A stretch of 64,000 bases of DNA from Pseudomonadota bacterium (GTDB lineage: Bacteria; Bdellovibrionota; Bdellovibrionia; Bdellovibrionales; Bdellovibrionaceae). A program made the translations under genes and the position numbers. Of the stretch, positions 1 to 9,997 are shown one piece after another. Where the stretch lies: contig JBEGVH010000010.1 in NCBI GenBank assembly GCA_041178425.1, forward strand, positions 32,001-96,000. The letters run 5' to 3'. The notes beneath the pieces were generated by a model. That model did not search any database. It worked only from the letters and a program-made list of their open reading frames with translations, and had not been told where the DNA came from. The stretch's first letter is position 1; every line of letters starts with the position of its first letter.

Positions 1-798
1 GTCTTCGACCGTGCTCGGAGCACCACTCATGCTTGTCACGAATTCATCGCTAAGCTCAGGAAGAACTTTTTTACGGAGCTTTTTGAGAGTAACTTCGAAG
101 TCTACAGCCTTACCTGAAAGATCCGCATGGTAATTTTCTGGGAACTTGAGGTTAAGAGTCTTCGTTTGCCCAACTGTCATTCCAATAATTCCGTCTTCAA
201 AACCCTCGATAAAGCTCTTAGTACCCAATTCAAGAGGGTGATCCGTGCCCTCACCTCGATCGAGAGGTTTTCCATCAATGATTCCTTTAAAATCAATGAC
301 AGCAATGTCACCTTTTTGAGCAGGTCGATTTTCAGTAACATCTTCAGACGACGCTCTCGAGTTTCTTATGTTCTCCAAAATAGATTCCATCTCTTTTGGA
401 TCCACTGAGAAAATTTCTTTCTCAACTTCAAGTCCCTCGTATGTCTTAAGCTCAATTTCTGGCCTTACCTCGAAATTTGCACTAAAAGTAAAATCTTTGC
501 CATCGATGACTTCGTCGAATTCGAATTCGGGATAGTCAACAGGCTCCAATTTATGCTCTTGCAAACCTTTAGAGAATCCAACCTTAAGAAGCTCTTGAGT
601 AACGTCATTCTTTACCCGATCGGCGTAGAGATTTTTAATCATTGCGATAGGTGCTTTTCCCTTACGAAAGCCTTTTAATTCAACTTGCTTCTGCACGCCA
701 TGATAGAAATCGTTCAAGGTTGATGTTACAAGCGCCGCGGGGACTTCGATATTTAATTTACGTCCTAAAGTGGACACTTTCTCTAATTGAGTTTTCAT
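1..798 (-). CDS. tig: Trigger factor (3' end truncated by the window edge; absent from the ORF track)
   Basis: Manual translation from ATG at 798 (AAGGAG RBS upstream) gives MKTQLEKVSTLGRKLNIEVP...ELKGFRKGKAP, with the GFRxGxxP ribosome-binding signature; an FKBP-like segment follows. Confidence 0.95.
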   Translation of the reverse strand, partial: MKTQLEKVSTLGRKLNIEVPAALVTSTLNDFYHGVQKQVELKGFRKGKAPIAMIKNLYADRVKNDVTQELLKVGFSKGLQEHKLEPVDYPEFEFDEVIDGKDFTFSANFEVRPEIELKTYEGLEVEKEIFSVDPKEMESILENIRNSRASSEDVTENRPAQKGDIAVIDFKGIIDGKPLDRGEGTDHPLELGTKSFIEGFEDGIIGMTVGQTKTLNLKFPENYHADLSGKAVDFEVTLKKLRKKVLPELSDEFVTSMSGAPSTVED

Positions 799-937
799 TA
801 ACGCTCCTTAGCCAAAAATTGGGCACAAATTTAGGTGAGACAATGGTGAAAATCAATGAAATACTGCCACTGCATCGGATTTTATAGTGGATTTCTCAAT
901 TCTATAGTATCTGATCAATTTTAAAGGTGATTCAGCA

Positions 938-1807
938 ATGATTGAACAGAAAATAATTTTTGTGACCGGAAAAGGAGGGGTGGGTAAATCCACGGTGGCC
1001 CTCGCTTTGGCCCAGAATATGGCTGAATCCAAGCGGGTTTTGCTCGTGGAACTAGGCCTCAGAAGCTTTTATGGGGATTTTCTCAATACCACGGTGACCT
1101 ATCAACCGAGGCCATTAAGTAAAAACCTCGATATTGCCCTCTGGTCGGGAGCCGAGTGCCTCAAAGAATATGCTATTCACCTTCTTAAAGTTGAGGCTCT
1201 TTATAACTTATTTTTTGAAAATCGAATTAGCCGAGCCCTCATCGAGGTCGCGCCCGCATTATCCGAACTAGCTATCCTTGGAAAAATTACAAGTGGGATT
1301 CGACAGATCGGACCACCTCTCGATTATGATGCCATAGTCGTCGACTGCTACGCTACAGGCCACATGCTCGCATTATTGCGAGCTCCCAGAGGAATGGCAG
1401 AAGCAGTCAAATTTGGCCCCATGGCAGACCAAACGGCCACAATGTTAGCCTGCATTCGAGATCCCAAAGTTTGCCAATACACCGTCGTCTCGCTTCCTGA
1501 GGAACTTCCTGCCGTTGAAGCTGACGAACTTTTTCGAGAAATAAAGACTGAAGTGGGAATCACCCCGACTCTCATTTGCAATAAAGTTTGGGATACCGAG
1601 GACGAAGTAAAAATTAAGGGGACCCAAGTAAAGAACCTGTCGGCGGCGGAGACGACCTTTATTAATGATCTCAGAGATTTCTCTCAGCGACAGCTTGGAT
1701 GGATTAATTTTCTTCGGCATCGACATCCCGACCTAAAAATTCTACCCATGATCTTCAGCTCTGACAGCGGCATGATCATTAGCAGCCTTCGAGAGGCCTT
1801 AAAATGA
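938..1807 (+). CDS. ArsA/Get3-family ATPase, subunit 1
   Basis: Deviant Walker A GKGGVGKS; APALSELAILGK; VDCYATGH switch II region; LPEELP. Confidence 0.85.
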   Translation: MIEQKIIFVTGKGGVGKSTVALALAQNMAESKRVLLVELGLRSFYGDFLNTTVTYQPRPLSKNLDIALWSGAECLKEYAIHLLKVEALYNLFFENRISRALIEVAPALSELAILGKITSGIRQIGPPLDYDAIVVDCYATGHMLALLRAPRGMAEAVKFGPMADQTATMLACIRDPKVCQYTVVSLPEELPAVEADELFREIKTEVGITPTLICNKVWDTEDEVKIKGTQVKNLSAAETTFINDLRDFSQRQLGWINFLRHRHPDLKILPMIFSSDSGMIISSLREALK

Positions 1808-2856
1808 ACTATTTAGACTCAGAAATAATTGTTTGTATCGGTAGCGGGGGTGTCGGTAAGACCACAATATCGGCATCACTAGGAGTATGGGGAGCCCTTG
1901 CCGGTAAAAAAGTTTTGGTTTTAACAGTCGATCCTGCGCGCCGCTTAGCCACAACTTTTGGTCTTAAAGCTGATGGCAGCGACCAGAGAATTGATTTTCC
2001 AGAGGCCCCAGGAGAACTATGGGCCAGCGTCCTTAATTCAAAACAAACTTTCGATGATTTCGTCAGAAAAGTCGCCAACAAAGGGATAGATCCTAACCCT
2101 ATTCTTCAAAATAAACTTTATCAACAACTCTCGACCACTCTCAGCGGATCTCAGGAGTTCACATCACTAGAAAAACTCTTCTCGGCATTCGAAAGTAAAA
2201 AGTATGACCTCATCATACTGGATACTCCACCTACAAAACATGCCATTGATTTTTTAAGAGCTCCCCAGAAAATATCATTTTTATTTAGTGAACCCATTGC
2301 CAAGTGGTTCAAACAATCCCGTGCAACTAATATTGTGCAACAGATTGTTCAGCTTGGGACCCAAAAGGTTCTCCAGGCACTTCAGACTCTCACCGGCTCC
2401 GAATTTGTAATGGAACTAAAGGATTTTTTTGTTAGCATAGATAGCTGGCAGGAACGCCTCGAAGAAAGAACCCAGAAAGTTAACCGGCTTCTCCTAAGCG
2501 AAAAAACCGTATTCAATTTGGTGACCGCCTTTGATGCAGCAAAAATCGAAGAAGCAAAGGCCTTTGCCATTGAAATTAAAAAAAATGGATATAATTTAAA
2601 ATTAGTTACAATTAACAGGTCCTATCCCAATTGGCTCCCCAAACCCTTTAACTCGGGGAGTAAAGCCGATTTGTTTTGCATGAAGTTAAATGCCTATTAC
2701 GCGAATCGATTGAAGTCGCTCGAATTACTTTCTGGTTCCATTAAAGATTTGGATATTTTAATGTTACCAGAGTATGATCAAGACATTGCTGATCTAGAGG
2801 GACTTCGCCAACTTGTAAGGGACTACAAATGGATCGAACCAAATCCGCCAACCTAG
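1804..2856 (+). CDS. ArsA/Get3-family ATPase, subunit 2
   Basis: GSGGVGKT, TVDPARRL (switch I) and DTPPT (switch II); ATGA overlap with the upstream paralogue. Confidence 0.88.
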   Translation: MNYLDSEIIVCIGSGGVGKTTISASLGVWGALAGKKVLVLTVDPARRLATTFGLKADGSDQRIDFPEAPGELWASVLNSKQTFDDFVRKVANKGIDPNPILQNKLYQQLSTTLSGSQEFTSLEKLFSAFESKKYDLIILDTPPTKHAIDFLRAPQKISFLFSEPIAKWFKQSRATNIVQQIVQLGTQKVLQALQTLTGSEFVMELKDFFVSIDSWQERLEERTQKVNRLLLSEKTVFNLVTAFDAAKIEEAKAFAIEIKKNGYNLKLVTINRSYPNWLPKPFNSGSKADLFCMKLNAYYANRLKSLELLSGSIKDLDILMLPEYDQDIADLEGLRQLVRDYKWIEPNPPT

Positions 2857-4028
2857 TTTTCTTTTGCTGCGTATTTTTTTTGACGGTCTTCCTCTCAATA
2901 GGATGTTCCACGCTCAATGTTTTTGGACTTAATTCCCTAATGGGTTTCGATACCGCAACTCACTACGATGAAGACGAAACTAAACTTCGAATTTGGGAAG
3001 CCGAAATTGAAAAAAAGAACTATCAAACTGTCACTCAAGAGATTGTAGCCTTTCTAAAACATAACCCGGCCTCCCAACACTGGTATGCTATCCTCTTTAC
3101 CTTAGGCAGAGCAAAGGAAGGTATGGAGGATTGGCAAGGGGCTATCGAAAGTTATCGTGAAATCATACAACGATCTACAGATAAACAAATGGAATTTGTG
3201 GCATTAGCCTCTTACCGTATTGCCTATTGCAATGAAGTTCTTCTCGAAAATGAAAAAGCCCTGGCCGCTTTAAGTGATGCTTATAAACTCAAGCAGTATT
3301 TGCCCATCGAAATCAGTTTGGCAGAAATTCCTGCAAGGATTGCCTCAATTCACTCCAGAATGAATCAAGGCCATTTGGCCGATTCCTACACTACCCGAGC
3401 AGAAAAAGGACTGACAAAGCTAAAAGCAATCAAAAAAGGGTCGGACCCAGAATGGGTCAGTCGAACTCTCGTTCGGATGGGAAGCATTTCACTTAGCCAA
3501 ATCGATTCAGAAAGTTTTCGTCAAAGCCTTTCAACGCTTAACCGAAACCAAAAATTCCTTCTTCAGGCGATTGAAGTTAATCATCCAGCCTGGGCGCCTG
3601 CGGCTCAGTCTATGCTACTAAACACTTACACTAATTTATGGCAGTTCATTGAAAATTTCAGGCTTGAAAGCACTTATGATTGGGAAACTGATTTGGTCTC
3701 TCAATCTCAGCAAAAATCCTTCTTTTTAGCAACCTACCTTGAATCATTGGAAAGACTAAAAAGCTATAGACCGCCCGAAGAAACTTCGGTCTACGTAAAA
3801 AGTGCACCCCTCTTTGAGAAACTAAGTATTCTAGAATCCAAGGCTTCATATTTATTGAACTCTGAGATGCTAAAGAAACCATGGAACCTTGATTCAACCT
3901 TGGCCTCTGAGGTCTCCCAGACGCCAGCGGGAGCATCAACTAATTTGAAAGTCCAAACGTTTGAAGCTGATAGCCGTCCAGAGTATATCCCTACGCAGCT
4001 TCCTAAAAAGAAAGTACCAACGAGGTAA
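2829..4028 (+). CDS. TPR-repeat lipoprotein
   Basis: Hydrophobic N-terminus with lipobox LSIGC; TPR-like helices (LGRAKEGMEDWQGAIESY; IAYCNEVLLENEKALAAL). Confidence 0.65.
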   Translation: MDRTKSANLVFFCCVFFLTVFLSIGCSTLNVFGLNSLMGFDTATHYDEDETKLRIWEAEIEKKNYQTVTQEIVAFLKHNPASQHWYAILFTLGRAKEGMEDWQGAIESYREIIQRSTDKQMEFVALASYRIAYCNEVLLENEKALAALSDAYKLKQYLPIEISLAEIPARIASIHSRMNQGHLADSYTTRAEKGLTKLKAIKKGSDPEWVSRTLVRMGSISLSQIDSESFRQSLSTLNRNQKFLLQAIEVNHPAWAPAAQSMLLNTYTNLWQFIENFRLESTYDWETDLVSQSQQKSFFLATYLESLERLKSYRPPEETSVYVKSAPLFEKLSILESKASYLLNSEMLKKPWNLDSTLASEVSQTPAGASTNLKVQTFEADSRPEYIPTQLPKKKVPTR

Positions 4029-4031
4029 TTC

Positions 4032-5288
4032 ATGTCACAAACGGTTATTCACGAGAAAATTTGCCTTTCCTCAGAAAAACTTCATTCGTGGTATGAATCA
4101 AAAACTGAAAAGTTAGCTTACCCGATTTATTCGAGTTACGATGTTCGAGACTCGGGTTTTAAGGTTGGAATTGTAGATGCTAACATCTACCCAGCTGGGT
4201 TCAATAACATTTGCCCTTCTGACCTTGAAGAGTGCCCAAAACTCCTGAATACCTATCTAGAGAAACATTACCAATCCAACCCCAAAAGAATCCTCCTTGT
4301 TACCGAAGAACATACCCAAAACTCTTTTTATTGGGAAAATGTAGCCACTATCAAAAAACTTTTCGAAGAAGCTCATTACGAGATTTTAGTTGGTATCCCC
4401 AAAGTCTTAGACGCACCTTTGGAGGTGACGTCAGCGAGTGGAAAATTATTAACTATTCACTCTGCCTTTCCTGATAATCCACATGTTATCCAATTCAATC
4501 CTGATTTGATTGTTAGCAATAATGACTTTTCTGATGCCAAAGACAACTGGGCCCAGAGAATTGCCCTCCCGATTAATCCACCTCGTGAACTCGGATGGTA
4601 TCAAAGAAAGAAAAGTAACTTTTTTAAATTTTATAACGAGCTAGTAGAAGAGTTCTGTGCCATCGCGGATCTAGATCCTTTCCTTTTGCGCGTTAAAACA
4701 GAAGAATTCAGGGACTTTGATATCACCAATGATGAAAGCGTAAACTTAGTCGCCGAAAGAATTGATCGAATGATTGACGAACTCAAAGTCGAATACACTG
4801 AGCGCGATATTAAAAGAGATCCATTTATCTTTGTAAAAAACAACTCTGGCACTTACGGCCTTGCAGTTTTGAAAGTCAGCTCAGGAGAGGAATTTAAGAG
4901 CCTAAACTATAAATCAAGAAAAAAAATGAAGGCCGCAAAAGGCGGCAGAGATGTCGAAGAAGTTGTGATTCAAGAGGGAATCCCATCCGTGATTCGCGCC
5001 GAAGAGGCCACTGCAGAGCCAGTCATCTACATGATCGGTTGCCGATTGGCTGGCGGATTCTTTAGAACCCACAAGGAGAAATCAGAAAGTGAAAGTCTCA
5101 ATAGTCCGGGAGCGGTCTACAAGAGAATGTGTATATCAGATCTCGCTTTTCGACAAAATGAGTGTCCTAGCGAAAATGTCTACGGATGGACTTCTAAACT
5201 CGCTCTTCTCGCAATTGCTCACGAAGCCGATCTTATGAACGTGACGTTTAAAGATTTCGTCTTGGCGAGTTGTTCCGATTCAAAATAG
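4032..5288 (+). CDS. gshA: Glutamate--cysteine ligase (GshA family, ATP-grasp type)
   Basis: YSSYDVRDSGFK..VDANIYPAGFNN, EEHT.N.FY, KNNSGTYG, VIQEG, AEPVIY and GGFFRTH...LNSPG, which are characteristic of this GshA family. Confidence 0.88.
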   Translation: MSQTVIHEKICLSSEKLHSWYESKTEKLAYPIYSSYDVRDSGFKVGIVDANIYPAGFNNICPSDLEECPKLLNTYLEKHYQSNPKRILLVTEEHTQNSFYWENVATIKKLFEEAHYEILVGIPKVLDAPLEVTSASGKLLTIHSAFPDNPHVIQFNPDLIVSNNDFSDAKDNWAQRIALPINPPRELGWYQRKKSNFFKFYNELVEEFCAIADLDPFLLRVKTEEFRDFDITNDESVNLVAERIDRMIDELKVEYTERDIKRDPFIFVKNNSGTYGLAVLKVSSGEEFKSLNYKSRKKMKAAKGGRDVEEVVIQEGIPSVIRAEEATAEPVIYMIGCRLAGGFFRTHKEKSESESLNSPGAVYKRMCISDLAFRQNECPSENVYGWTSKLALLAIAHEADLMNVTFKDFVLASCSDSK

Positions 5289-5291
5289 GGC

Positions 5292-7226
5292 CTATTTCTT
5301 ACGAGCTTTGCTCTGACGTTTCTTTTTGTAGTAAGCACTACTTGCTATTTCAAAGGACTTAGGAACATAAAGCTTTAGAGATCGACAGTTTATATCTCCA
5401 CCTAACAATGGTAAATTTTCAAAAACCAAACCTTTTTTATCTGAGTGTGTGCCCGTCACTCGCATAAATGATGGCATCGGTTGCAACCTCCTTACAAATC
5501 CTAAGTCGGTCTTGGGGCCATGCGTGTAAAAATATGGAACAACTCTCTTTGACCCCTGATAAAAACGATAGGTGTTGGCATAGCCATAATAATCATTCAC
5601 CACCTGAGTTGCGACCTCTAAAGCCTTTTTGTAACCAACGGGGTTTGGACACAAAACTTTTCTTTGAGCAGGATCTAATTCAGACCCAACGGGAGCCGAT
5701 ATTGAAGTTTTGAAATCTTGGGGGTAGCCGAGATCCTTGGGCCACTGAATCCAACGAGCAACCTCAAATTCCTGGGTGCGACCTATCTTCCAAACGGAAA
5801 ACTGAATAGGTCTTGAAACCACCTGCGCTGGAGTTGTCATACCAATGATTTCAGGATTGGCATGACTCTGCCTAATTCGGCCAAAATCTGAAGCTCCACG
5901 ATCATAAGAACTGAGTGGAGCTATCTCAATCGGCGATAGTTTATTGAGCGTCGTTATTGCGTAATCAATAATGGTGCTAAAAATATTTCTGCGCTGGTTT
6001 TCTTGATCTACGCTTATTGATCTCGCCGCAATGACAGCGCCAATGGCTTCGAACTGATTGGCTCCCGCCGCTTGACAGCTTTCAGCCTCACCATAAATAG
6101 TTCGCGCGACGCCGTCGATAGATTTCTCTAAATCAGTACCCTCTTGACCTCTCCAAACAAAGTGATCAAAGGCATTTTCTAAAACTCTCTCCTGAGTGAG
6201 AACATAGTTAAAGAGCTTGGCTTCGGGGGTCGACTCTTGTTTCGCTTTTTCGTCTGTTTGAGCCTGTTTTAGAATTATTTTATAATTAGGATCATTGCGC
6301 ATCCAAGCTACGACCAATGGCAGGGTCAAACCGTTTCGACTGAATAAGAAGTCTTCAATGGACCTTAAATAAAAATGATCCACGAGTTGTTGACCAACAC
6401 CTGAAGACCCTGCACTCAAACGCGGATAGTTCACCCGATTCAATGCCGGCAACCTGGGAAGCACATCAGCTTCGAACTCTTCCGGAGTTATCAGGTGAGA
6501 CTCACTAGCCCATTCTTTTAATAGTTTCTTATAGCGACCGGTCATCTCAAGACAGTTTTTACACTTTTCTGGAATAATCTTCGAACGGAAAAATCGCTCT
6601 AATTCAATCCATTGCCCGATCGTACGAGGATCGAGAGGCGTGCTGCCGATGGAAGCCTCCTGAATGTGGTCATAAAAGTCTCCCAACGCATCTTTTACTC
6701 TTTCAGAGTCGACCGCGACCCTCAGCCGATTAACTTTCTGGAGGTGCTCCTCTTGATGGGAAACCTGCTCACCTAAGTATTTTATTAGGCTCTGCAAATC
6801 TAATTTATCAGTTTCATCTTCAACTTGATAGCCAGGACGATAGGGGCCATCTACCTCAGCCAAGGCCAAGTGCCCTGAAGCACCACTGAGATACTCCGCA
6901 ACTTTATTTAGGGCTTCTGGGCGCTCCTTTTCAAGAAATTGAAAAATCGAATCAAAATCATCGAGCACTGGCTTTAGAACGATCAAATCATAAATGAGGC
7001 TCGTGGTATCATAATTCCATTTTATCTGAATAAGGTTATGCTCGAGACCAAACTTTTTGATGGCTCCCTTCGCGAGGGCAACATTTTTATAATCTTTGAG
7101 TGACTGATCAAAGGATTCAGACCGATCGAGAAGGCATTGCCCATACTCAAAGCCAAAGGAGGGCATTGACGTTAACGTCAGGCCGAAGGCAGCCAACATA
7201 ACCCCAATAAAGGACCGCACCCTCAT
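5292..7226 (-). CDS. Large secreted protein with a C-terminal SleB-like (cell wall hydrolase) domain
   Basis: Signal peptide; ARTIYGEAES...AIGAVIAARS...QVVSRPIQFSVW resembles the SleB/Hydrolase_2 catalytic Glu motif and the QFS motif. Start could be 7232 (GTG). Confidence 0.6.
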   Translation of the reverse strand: MRVRSFIGVMLAAFGLTLTSMPSFGFEYGQCLLDRSESFDQSLKDYKNVALAKGAIKKFGLEHNLIQIKWNYDTTSLIYDLIVLKPVLDDFDSIFQFLEKERPEALNKVAEYLSGASGHLALAEVDGPYRPGYQVEDETDKLDLQSLIKYLGEQVSHQEEHLQKVNRLRVAVDSERVKDALGDFYDHIQEASIGSTPLDPRTIGQWIELERFFRSKIIPEKCKNCLEMTGRYKKLLKEWASESHLITPEEFEADVLPRLPALNRVNYPRLSAGSSGVGQQLVDHFYLRSIEDFLFSRNGLTLPLVVAWMRNDPNYKIILKQAQTDEKAKQESTPEAKLFNYVLTQERVLENAFDHFVWRGQEGTDLEKSIDGVARTIYGEAESCQAAGANQFEAIGAVIAARSISVDQENQRRNIFSTIIDYAITTLNKLSPIEIAPLSSYDRGASDFGRIRQSHANPEIIGMTTPAQVVSRPIQFSVWKIGRTQEFEVARWIQWPKDLGYPQDFKTSISAPVGSELDPAQRKVLCPNPVGYKKALEVATQVVNDYYGYANTYRFYQGSKRVVPYFYTHGPKTDLGFVRRLQPMPSFMRVTGTHSDKKGLVFENLPLLGGDINCRSLKLYVPKSFEIASSAYYKKKRQSKARKK

Positions 7227-7370
7227 CTGCACCTCTTCTGTATCGCTTCAAATTGAGACTCCGCGACAACTTTAGGGGGAGCAAAAAATAGGCCAAACCA
7301 GACCCTTGATCTTGCCTTTCCGAGGCATTGCCTCTAAACGTAAAGAATACCCTTGAGGAACGAGGAAATA

Positions 7371-8753
7371 ATGATTCCAGTGATTTTATCCGGCGGAAGT
7401 GGCACCCGCCTTTGGCCATTATCTAGAACTAAACTACCAAAGCAATTCTGTGACATTTTTGGGGCATCACTGCACACCCTCACCGTTCAGCGACTTTTAA
7501 AGTTAAATCAGCCCTGGATTGTCACTTCTGAGTCCCTGCGTGATTTAACGTTGCGCGAAGGCAAAGCCTTGGGTTTAAACAAAACACAATTTATTTTTGA
7601 ACCAATGGCGCGAAATACGGCACCAGCAATAGCCCTTCTTTGCCTCATTTTAAAGAAAAATGGTTTATCAGAGCGCGTTGTTGGTGTGTTTCCGGCGGAT
7701 CACCTCATCGAAAAAGAACTTAACTTTCATGCTGCGCTTGAGCTCGCCAGTCAGGAGGCGGAGGCTGGGCACATAGTCACTCTCGGTATTCAACCAATAT
7801 TTCCTGCAACCGGTTATGGCTACATTCAGATTGACCAAACATCGGTTCGAGCAGCCCACGGAATTTCTAGTTACACAGTTAAAAAATTTCATGAAAAACC
7901 CAATCTTGAAACGGCCCTCTCTTTTATTGAAGCAAAAAACTATTTTTGGAATGCGGGCATTTTTGTTTTCAAGGTTGAAGAGATGATCAGAGCTTTCATT
8001 AAGCACCAACCTCAGATGTGGAATGCAATTAATCTTCTTAGAGATGACTTATCTAATTTGCGTGAGGTCTACGAATCATTAGAAGGCATCAGTATCGACT
8101 ACGCCATCATGGAAAAACTTGATAAAGAAATCCTGACCTGCATTCCCTGTGATATTGGCTGGAGCGATGTGGGATCTTGGGATGCTATCAGCGAAATTCT
8201 AGGTTCAACGAAAAATCCAAACGTACAAGTTCGTTCGGAAAATAATTTTGTTTTTTCAAATCTAGAAAAAAAATATGCGTTCATTGAGTCAAACGACCTA
8301 CTCGTTATTGATACGAAAGATGCATTATTGATTTCAAAGAAAGGCTCTTCTCAGTTAGTAAAAGACGTCTATGAGTCGATGAGCCTGCGCTTTCCGAAGC
8401 TCGTCACTGATCACGTTTTTGAATATCGTCCTTGGGGTCAGTACGAAATTCTTAAAGATACAGAAGTCTTCAAATCGAAAGTGATCGAAGTACTTCCTCA
8501 TGAGCAGCTTTCGTACCAAAGCCACACAAAGAGAGAAGAACACTGGATTGTCACTAGAGGCGAGGGTGAAGTTGTCCTGAACGATGACATCGTGCCCGTT
8601 AAAAAGGGTAGCTACGTTAAGATTCCGCTCGGCAGTAAACACCGCATGAGAAACACCGGATCAGAGGTTTTGGAATTCATCGAAGTCCAACTGGGCAGTT
8701 ATTTTGGAGAGGACGACATTACCCGCTATCAGGATGACTACCAGAGACAATGA
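7371..8753 (+). CDS. manC: Mannose-1-phosphate guanylyltransferase / mannose-6-phosphate isomerase
   Basis: ILSGGSGTRLWPLSR, PKQF, EPMARNTAPAI, WNAGIF and WSDVGSW, plus a C-terminal cupin (RPWG, EEHW, EVQLG). Confidence 0.95.
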   Translation: MIPVILSGGSGTRLWPLSRTKLPKQFCDIFGASLHTLTVQRLLKLNQPWIVTSESLRDLTLREGKALGLNKTQFIFEPMARNTAPAIALLCLILKKNGLSERVVGVFPADHLIEKELNFHAALELASQEAEAGHIVTLGIQPIFPATGYGYIQIDQTSVRAAHGISSYTVKKFHEKPNLETALSFIEAKNYFWNAGIFVFKVEEMIRAFIKHQPQMWNAINLLRDDLSNLREVYESLEGISIDYAIMEKLDKEILTCIPCDIGWSDVGSWDAISEILGSTKNPNVQVRSENNFVFSNLEKKYAFIESNDLLVIDTKDALLISKKGSSQLVKDVYESMSLRFPKLVTDHVFEYRPWGQYEILKDTEVFKSKVIEVLPHEQLSYQSHTKREEHWIVTRGEGEVVLNDDIVPVKKGSYVKIPLGSKHRMRNTGSEVLEFIEVQLGSYFGEDDITRYQDDYQRQ

Positions 8754-9997
8754 TGCGAATATCTCAATTCTTACTGATAGGCTGTTTTTTAGGCTTGGTG
8801 GCTTCACAAAGCCTTATGGATTTGTTCTTTGGACTAGCCACGCTTTTTGGAGCCTATCTGCTGCTATTTGTTGATAGGAGAGAATCTAAAGCTATTCCCT
8901 TTCCTCTTTGGCTCCTGCTTGCCGTCCCCTGGATTGCATGGATAGGCGTTGGATTTTATGTAACTCCCGATAGTAGATTCAGCACAAAGGCCATGGGAGA
9001 TTTCATCTGGCTGGCGCAGGTCCCTCTGATTAGTTTGCTTTGGTCAAAGGTCGATCCCAAAAAGGACGTACTAAAGCCTTTTTTAACTATCCTCTCGATT
9101 GTTTGCATTTACGCCATAGCTATCTACTTTCTCGGGTTTGACCCTCTTTATGAGGGATGGGACGCGAGAACCAAGAATTTAGAAACTTTCTGGCGAACTG
9201 GCGGACTATTTTCAAACCCAATGCCACTCGCCCACTCCTATGGCCCTCTAGCACTAATTTTTTTGCCGATCTCTCTTTATTACTTTCAGAAAAAAGATTT
9301 CAAGCTTATTGAAGTACCCCTCAATTTTATACTTTTGATTTTGACAGTACTATTTAGTTTTACAAGGGGCGTATGGATTGCCCTTGCATTAGCCACCATT
9401 TCTGGTGCCTTTATTTTTAAAAAACGGGTCGGTTTGATCGCAATTGCAGTTACTCTTATTGGTGGTGGTTTGATGATGACCGCTTGGCCCAAGTTCCGAG
9501 AACGAACTTTACTCGTCTTTGACTCTCAAAAAAGCTATGATTCAGAGAGAATCATCCTTTGGAAAACAAATTGGAGAATCTTTACTGACAACCCAATCGC
9601 AGGAATAGGATACGGGGAGAATAAACGACGACTCAGAGAATTTTATGACCAATTCAAAGTTCCTCAAGGTCAGTTTGAGGGTCATGCTCACAATCAGTAC
9701 CTGCACTTTTTGGCGGGCACGGGTTTGGTCGGGCTTCTATTTTATGTTATCTGGTGTGGGCTATTTCTAAAGTTAACCCATGAACTTTATGTAGTGAATA
9801 GAGACTCTGGCCATAAAGAATTAAGTTTTTTAATTCTTGGACTATTATTAGCTCAACTTGCTTTTCACTTTGGATCGCTGACTGAGTCGAACTTCTCAAT
9901 TTCCAAGAACAGAATGTTATTGGTTTTTATTTGGGGATTCCTTATTCATCTCAAAAGGCATCCCCATCAACTTCCTGAAAATAATTCTTCACGGTAA
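8750..9997 (+). CDS. waaL: O-antigen ligase family protein
   Basis: Many TM segments; FSFTRGVW, ERIILWK, PIAGIG and HAHNQYL (Wzy_C motifs). Confidence 0.8.
   Translation: MMRISQFLLIGCFLGLVASQSLMDLFFGLATLFGAYLLLFVDRRESKAIPFPLWLLLAVPWIAWIGVGFYVTPDSRFSTKAMGDFIWLAQVPLISLLWSKVDPKKDVLKPFLTILSIVCIYAIAIYFLGFDPLYEGWDARTKNLETFWRTGGLFSNPMPLAHSYGPLALIFLPISLYYFQKKDFKLIEVPLNFILLILTVLFSFTRGVWIALALATISGAFIFKKRVGLIAIAVTLIGGGLMMTAWPKFRERTLLVFDSQKSYDSERIILWKTNWRIFTDNPIAGIGYGENKRRLREFYDQFKVPQGQFEGHAHNQYLHFLAGTGLVGLLFYVIWCGLFLKLTHELYVVNRDSGHKELSFLILGLLLAQLAFHFGSLTESNFSISKNRMLLVFIWGFLIHLKRHPHQLPENNSSR

Noticed and set aside
127..887. Plus-strand ORFs 127..408 and 651..887, and the many other 60-175 aa ORFs nested in larger genes
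   Set aside because: They are antisense or off-frame shadows of well-supported genes (here tig) with no recognisable motifs.
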